NCBI RefSeq assembly: GCF_000143415.4
Contig: NW_003314264.1
Coordinates: 1,807,710-1,871,709, forward strand
Source: Selaginella moellendorffii
Lineage: Eukaryota; Plantae; Lycopodiophyta
DNA: 64,000 bases
Direction: 5' to 3'
Part shown: one piece after another, positions 58,840-64,000 of the stretch
Layout of the letters: every line of letters begins with the position of its first letter
Numbering within the stretch: position 1 is the first letter of the stretch
Notes under the pieces: generated by a model
What the model saw: the letters and a program-made list of their open reading frames with translations, nothing else
Database searches by the model: none
What the model was told of the DNA's origin: nothing
Made by a program: the position numbers and the translations under genes

Positions 58840-61750
58840 GGATCAATCAAGACTGTAGGGATAAGTTTGTTGGTTCAAGTAGTCATTGCCATGCTCTCTC
58901 ATAAACTTTTCTTGGATTGGACTGAAGGCAGTGCGAAAGCAAGCTTGAGGTTTAGTCAAAGATGAGACCGAAAAGAGAGTCGTCAGGGACGAAGGATTAA
59001 ACACGTAAATCATTTTCTCTTCTTGAAAAAATGATTTGCAATGAGGTGTTAACTCATTGCTTGTGTTCACATTATGCAATCAAAAGTCCTATCTTGATGC
59101 ATGTTGGAAATGATAGTTTTACAAATAGTGAGTTGTGGGATGGATAGCGGTGAAACGCTAAACCATTTTGTCTAAACTTGCTATTGGAAGACTTAGGTTG
59201 CAATGCTCAATTTTTTTCCGGGGAACCTTGCTATTACTCCTTGAGTAGCTTGGTTTGGATTAGTGTTGAGTTTGGTCGGAAAGAGAGTGGCATGAACTTG
59301 TCCGTATTGTGAACAAAAGTGAGTGGTGTTAGGTGTTGTAAATCTCTATTGATGGGGTGGCATTTATGTTGCATTTTGTCGAATCGAGTTGGCACTTGAT
59401 ATTCACATAAACTTTTGCAATAGTGACATGGGCATTGTTCATAGTGTTGCTTGATTGATGATCAAGTTATTGTGATTTATATCATATCCATGTGATAATG
59501 AGCAATGTGTTTACGAAGTTGATTGGGTAAATGATGATCAACCCCAAAGTGGTTGATGGAGAAGCTAGTCTACTTGCACGAAGTAGCATTGAGGTAGCTT
59601 TAACTAGATTGTTGTTAATGGTCTATTATGCTAAGCTTAAGTTGGTACTTTGTTCCTTGGATTTGCCTATAAGGTGTTGGAAAGGGTTGTAGCATTCATT
59701 TACTATAGCTCATCAGTTGATCCATTAACACTTGAAGTAGATTGTTGGATGGAGAAAATGTATAATTGGGGCATTGACATCACTAGCACTTGTGTTACTG
59801 GAGGTGGCATTGTTATTTCAAGTGATGAGGAATTTTCCTTAGACCTTGATTTTCCATGTCATTTTTCTTGTTAATGTTTTGGTTTCACATTGGATCTTGA
59901 AGGTGATTGAAGAAGAGTGTTAGTGCAATGTGGATATCCGAAGATGTGGTCTTCGTGATCAAGCCTTGGATGTTTATTTTGCACTTTGCGGATGTTAGTG
60001 TTGGATATTGATTAGATGGGCAAAGATGTTCGATGCTTAGACATATTGTTGGATCATGAAAATTTGTGTTGAGGTGAACCTATGTGAAGTAGTAGGTAGG
60101 CAAAAGTTGGTTGAGTCTTGAAAGTTTGCATTCCTGGACTAAGAGTCATTCTTTCTCTAGGATGGAAAATTTTCCACAAATTTTCTTAGGATTTTCCAAT
60201 GGCTGATCTATTTATCACTTTGCTTGAAAACCTTTCCACTTTTGTAAGCCAATACAAATTAGTGAAGGGGTTGGAGTTGACTTTGGTTAGCCTAAACCTT
60301 AGTAGGTAGTTTGTATGATGCGGCCTGAAAGGGATACTAACTTTTAGGGCTAAGGCAATTAAGTTGGATAGAGTCTAAGGTTGGTGTAAAAAAGTGGCCG
60401 TGCACTTTTCTCAGAAAGGTGACCCTTGTACCTTTCTTTTGTAACGTTGTGCTTGGTGGTAGATTGCACCTTGCATTACGTTAAACTCTATGAGAGTAGT
60501 GAGCTCTCACTGATCTTGACTTAGTCTTGGTAGCCCTGTGCCTTGGCTAAGGATGGTGATGTCCAACTTAATTGTTTGAGGTTGAGATGTTGATACCCGT
60601 ACTATAACTTTGTCTATGAGGAGGTTGTGTACCGATATGAGTCCATCTTATGGTCTTCACTTTAGTTTCAACTGAGTGTCGATCGCATAGCTAGCTTCTT
60701 CAAGGCATGCTCAGAGCTAGTGGCTAAATGTTTTAGTAAGCTTATTGCGGTTGAGTTGGATTCGAGTGGTCATTTAGTTTGTGCTTGTCTATGAACTTTT
60801 ATCTTGTAGCTGGGATATCACATTCATGTTGGACAAGTATATAACTTGATGACAAGAGTTGGTGTTTGGGTCTTGTGAAGGCAAGTTAAGGAGTGATTGT
60901 TAGTTGCTTTGCGACTAGTGATTATTTGTAGACTTTATCAAGGACCGTTGACACTTGCTTTGCTCGATGATGATTTAGCAGTGATGGGCTTGCTTTACCG
61001 GATAGTGTTGCGGAGGATCGTGTCATTAGGTTGGCATGGTTTTTCCATGTTGGCATGTCAATTCCTTTGTCGATATCATTTGGTTACATTTGGTCTATAG
61101 TGTTGGATTTCATTGAGTCTTGGATGTGGTGATTCACTCATTGATGATGTGTTATCTGTAACTGAGTTTTGCTGAAGGATTGGTCTCGGATACTAAGTAT
61201 AGTATCTTCGACTTTGGTTAGCTTGGTTGCTGGAAAGCTCCGAGTGGTGATTCACTCTTGCTTTCTTCTAGCTTTCTCCTGGTGTTGATGGCATTGAAGT
61301 GATGCCTTGTTATTGACATTGTTGATATTGAGACTTAAGTGAAATGAGATGCTTTTCCTTAGGATTGATATTGAGTTTCATTAGTCTTGATGAAAATAAT
61401 GTTGATGATTTGGCTTTAGCTTTGTGTTGTTGGCATTCATGCATTTGCTAGTTAGCAATTGTGTTGACATTCAAATGAACTAAGTGGCAAGTTGAGTTAA
61501 TTGTGTTCTCGACGAGATTGTTTAGTAAGGGTTGAGCTTTAAGGTTTTCTTTGAAAAGTGATTCAGTCGTGGACTATGCTAACTCTACAAGCGGAAGAGT
61601 TAGTGATCGATATTGGAAAGTTTGAATCCTTATTAGGTTTGAATTGAAATATATTAATCATTGATGATTCCCCTTATGCTTGTTACGACGTGAGCTACGT
61701 CCTGCTATAGATGGATTCATGGAGGATCGATTAGATGATCACTTGTTGAG
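58840..61750 (-). pseudogene. Second degenerate retroelement interior, paralogous to 1200-2999
   Basis: Colinear similarity, e.g. EEKMIYVFNPSS vs EEKMIFVIDPSF; no long ORFs. Confidence 0.5.
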
Positions 61751-64000
61751 AAGCTCTATTTCGTTAAAGTGGGATTTATTCAGTAAAATGGGACTAGGTA
61801 CAAATTTTCAAGTATTTGAAAATGACGTGAAATTATATGTTTTTTGTCCAGGGGCTAGACATATCTAGGGCATGGTGACTAGCGCGGTGACTTTGTGTCC
61901 AGACTGAGTCCATCTGGTTGTATAATAAAACTCATTGTCAAGGTGAACAAGCCGAATCTGAAGCTAAAGAAGAGCGATGGCATGCGCGCACACACTATTT
62001 GTTTGTTCATTGAGCGTGTGGTGAGCTTTCCAAGATGAACATCATTCCTATTAGCCAGACATATAACTTAATGGTGAGAACATTTAGATATTATTCAATG
62101 TTATCTTTTTCTAACGAATCTAATTGTGAAGGTGTAGCAAGAGGCATTGCTAGTCTGGAGAAGTCATTTAACTCATTTGACCCTTAGTGTATTTTCATGA
62201 AACTAAATAACATTCATATTATTAAGGAATTTCTCTAGTACCTTTTTTTTACGACATAGAGGCTTGCATTTCTTTCAAAGGTGATTTAGTAAAAGGCCTG
62301 AGGGCACATGCCATTCTATTTCTCAGACCAGTATTAAGATATACTAGTGCAAAGGGCCACATGCCATCACGCCTCCTCTGATTCAGATTCGGATTGTTCA
62401 CCTTGAAATAAAATACATTAGAAACTTAGTAAAGGAATATTAAATCTCACCTTGAACCCGGGTTATGAATGCTCTTGCTGCATCTCTTGCATGGTCTGGC
62501 AAGGTGATGGTGGCACTCTGCTTCCGCATCCAACCATGCACAACATTATCCACCGATATGCTCATGCTGGGATCCCTTGGATTCAGCACCCATCTCTTTT
62601 CTAGGCAATCCTTCGTATATCCGTAACTTGGCTTGAACCACTCCACAGTTACATTAAAGGAGTTAGTTTCCGCGTCCTCCTCTGCATCAGTGATGCAGCG
62701 CCCCACCCATATCATTTGTTTTTTATTACTGGGTCTGACAAGCACGACCATTCCTTTGCAGACTTGTACTGGATTGAATGCTGAATCCGGCTTCTTGTTC
62801 CTCGGCCCACAATAGTGATCCTCAACATCGTTATCTGTCACTGCATTTCCAGAGGACATTGTTCCGCTACTATCTGGTGCTCTGGGTTCTGGCCAAAAGG
62901 ACTCTTCCAATTCTTCATATACAACCGGCCCATTTTGGATAGCAGATATAATCTTCTCCCAGTATTCGAGCAAAGGCTTGCACCTCTTAAAATAGGATTC
63001 TCCACCAAACAGCAACCCCCTCTTCCAGAAGGCAATATGCTGTCTAATCCCGGCCACTATACTTTCCTGATCTTTGAGTCCATCCGGGTGCATCGGCCGT
63101 GGGGAACCCTGAGGAATCATAGGTTCCCCAGTTATGGGATCTCTCTTGAAGAGTTCAATGCCGTCCACTGGCAGCCACACTGTGTCCCATTCTCTCATCT
63201 TGTACCTCATCACTGGAGCACCGTCACGCATGCTGAAATGAAACTGAAGAGGCTTGGAGTGGCCAATCAGCGTTTCGGATCCGTCCCTGATGTAGCCTCT
63301 TACAAACCCCTTAAAGTCTGGAACCTCTGTCACAAGTGCAGCTTCAACAGTGCCTTTGATGCAATTTTGGAATTCATCGTAGAGTTGTGGGAGGGTGAGG
63401 ACATTGGATCGCCGGAGGGACTTTGCCAGGTGACTGAACATGGCATCGACGTCTTCATGAGTGTGCCCAACCATGAGAAAGCCAAGTGTAACCGTTTCAA
63501 ATATGCCTTTGGCAACAAGCATTGCCAAGTACGCGAAGACGTACATGTTTTTGTTCTCACTGCCAGCATTGTCTGTTTGGAGCAGAAGATGGGGTGGAAG
63601 GCCACATCGGCCGCAAGAACTTCCTTGAGATTCTGCTTCGTTTGGATGAGGCTGTGCATTCACCGGGCGACCAGCCTCGTCGGAATGGCATGAGGCCTCA
63701 CGTGATAACCCTACAATCTGACGGCCAACATATTCACTGGGATGGCATGGGGCCCCACGCGATACTGCAAGCCTTTGCTCCTCCTCCAGCTGAACCCTGT
63801 ATGGGGTTCGATCGACAAGGGCCTTATGCAAGGGTTGGCCGTTCAGCTCAGTCTGCACACTTTGCAGAGACCTTAAGTGTTTTGCTAGGGACGCAATCAT
63901 CATGTTTGCACCCCCACCACCCCATAGAGGTACAAAGAAGTTCCCATAGTTCTGGGCACCATGCCCATGAGCGATTATGCCAAACAGAGACACAGGCAGC
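61751..64000 (-). mobile_element. Sola1-like transposon copy C (runs out of the window)
   Basis: TIR at 61751-61774, preceded by TGAG (predicted TSD); near-identical to the reverse complement of 18280-20531. Confidence 0.95.
62440..64000 (-). CDS. Transposase of copy C, C-terminal half, open
   Basis: Uninterrupted 517+ aa with DNAGSENKN and GHTHEDVD motifs; W codon intact where copy B has TAG. Confidence 0.9.
   Translation of the reverse strand, partial: LPVSLFGIIAHGHGAQNYGNFFVPLWGGGGANMMIASLAKHLRSLQSVQTELNGQPLHKALVDRTPYRVQLEEEQRLAVSRGAPCHPSEYVGRQIVGLSREASCHSDEAGRPVNAQPHPNEAESQGSSCGRCGLPPHLLLQTDNAGSENKNMYVFAYLAMLVAKGIFETVTLGFLMVGHTHEDVDAMFSHLAKSLRRSNVLTLPQLYDEFQNCIKGTVEAALVTEVPDFKGFVRGYIRDGSETLIGHSKPLQFHFSMRDGAPVMRYKMREWDTVWLPVDGIELFKRDPITGEPMIPQGSPRPMHPDGLKDQESIVAGIRQHIAFWKRGLLFGGESYFKRCKPLLEYWEKIISAIQNGPVVYEELEESFWPEPRAPDSSGTMSSGNAVTDNDVEDHYCGPRNKKPDSAFNPVQVCKGMVVLVRPSNKKQMIWVGRCITDAEEDAETNSFNVTVEWFKPSYGYTKDCLEKRWVLNPRDPSMSISVDNVVHGWMRKQSATITLPDHARDAARAFITRVQGEI

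Overview
Eukaryotic, almost certainly land-plant, repeat DNA: it has (CCCTAAA)n telo-boxes, 45-57 nt GT-AG introns and a chromovirus. No ordinary host gene is visible. The window is a deep nest of transposons that can be peeled apart using target-site duplications (TSDs). An old LTR (H; 3000-3562 + 57044-58403) holds a Ty3/gypsy chromovirus (G; 3568-57038, TSD AGTGT). G's integrase holds a ~12-13 kb Sola1-like DNA transposon (copy A; 24-bp TIR AAGCTCTATTTCGTTAAAGTGGGA, TSD CATG). A's transposase gene holds a second copy of the same transposon (copy B; 7207-20531, TSD GAGT) and a stack of three non-autonomous LTR elements (22357-43768). A third copy (C) starts at 61751. Three inversions were resolved at or near base level, including a clean 46.5-kb one (5823-52322). 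The main candidate new system is the Sola1-like element. Divergently from its transposase it carries a 10-exon gene (~1615 aa, intact in copy B) joining a ParB/DGQHR-like domain, a degenerate beta-class N4C/N6A DNA-methyltransferase fold, a long disordered linker and an FCP1/NIF-type HAD phosphatase. The element is also studded with ~20 copies of a 22-bp palindrome (ATGGCRTG-N6-CAYGCCAT) in introns, promoters and coding loops, suggesting a parS-like or VANC-like self-recognition system. All domain calls come from motif recognition by eye and need HMM or structure confirmation.
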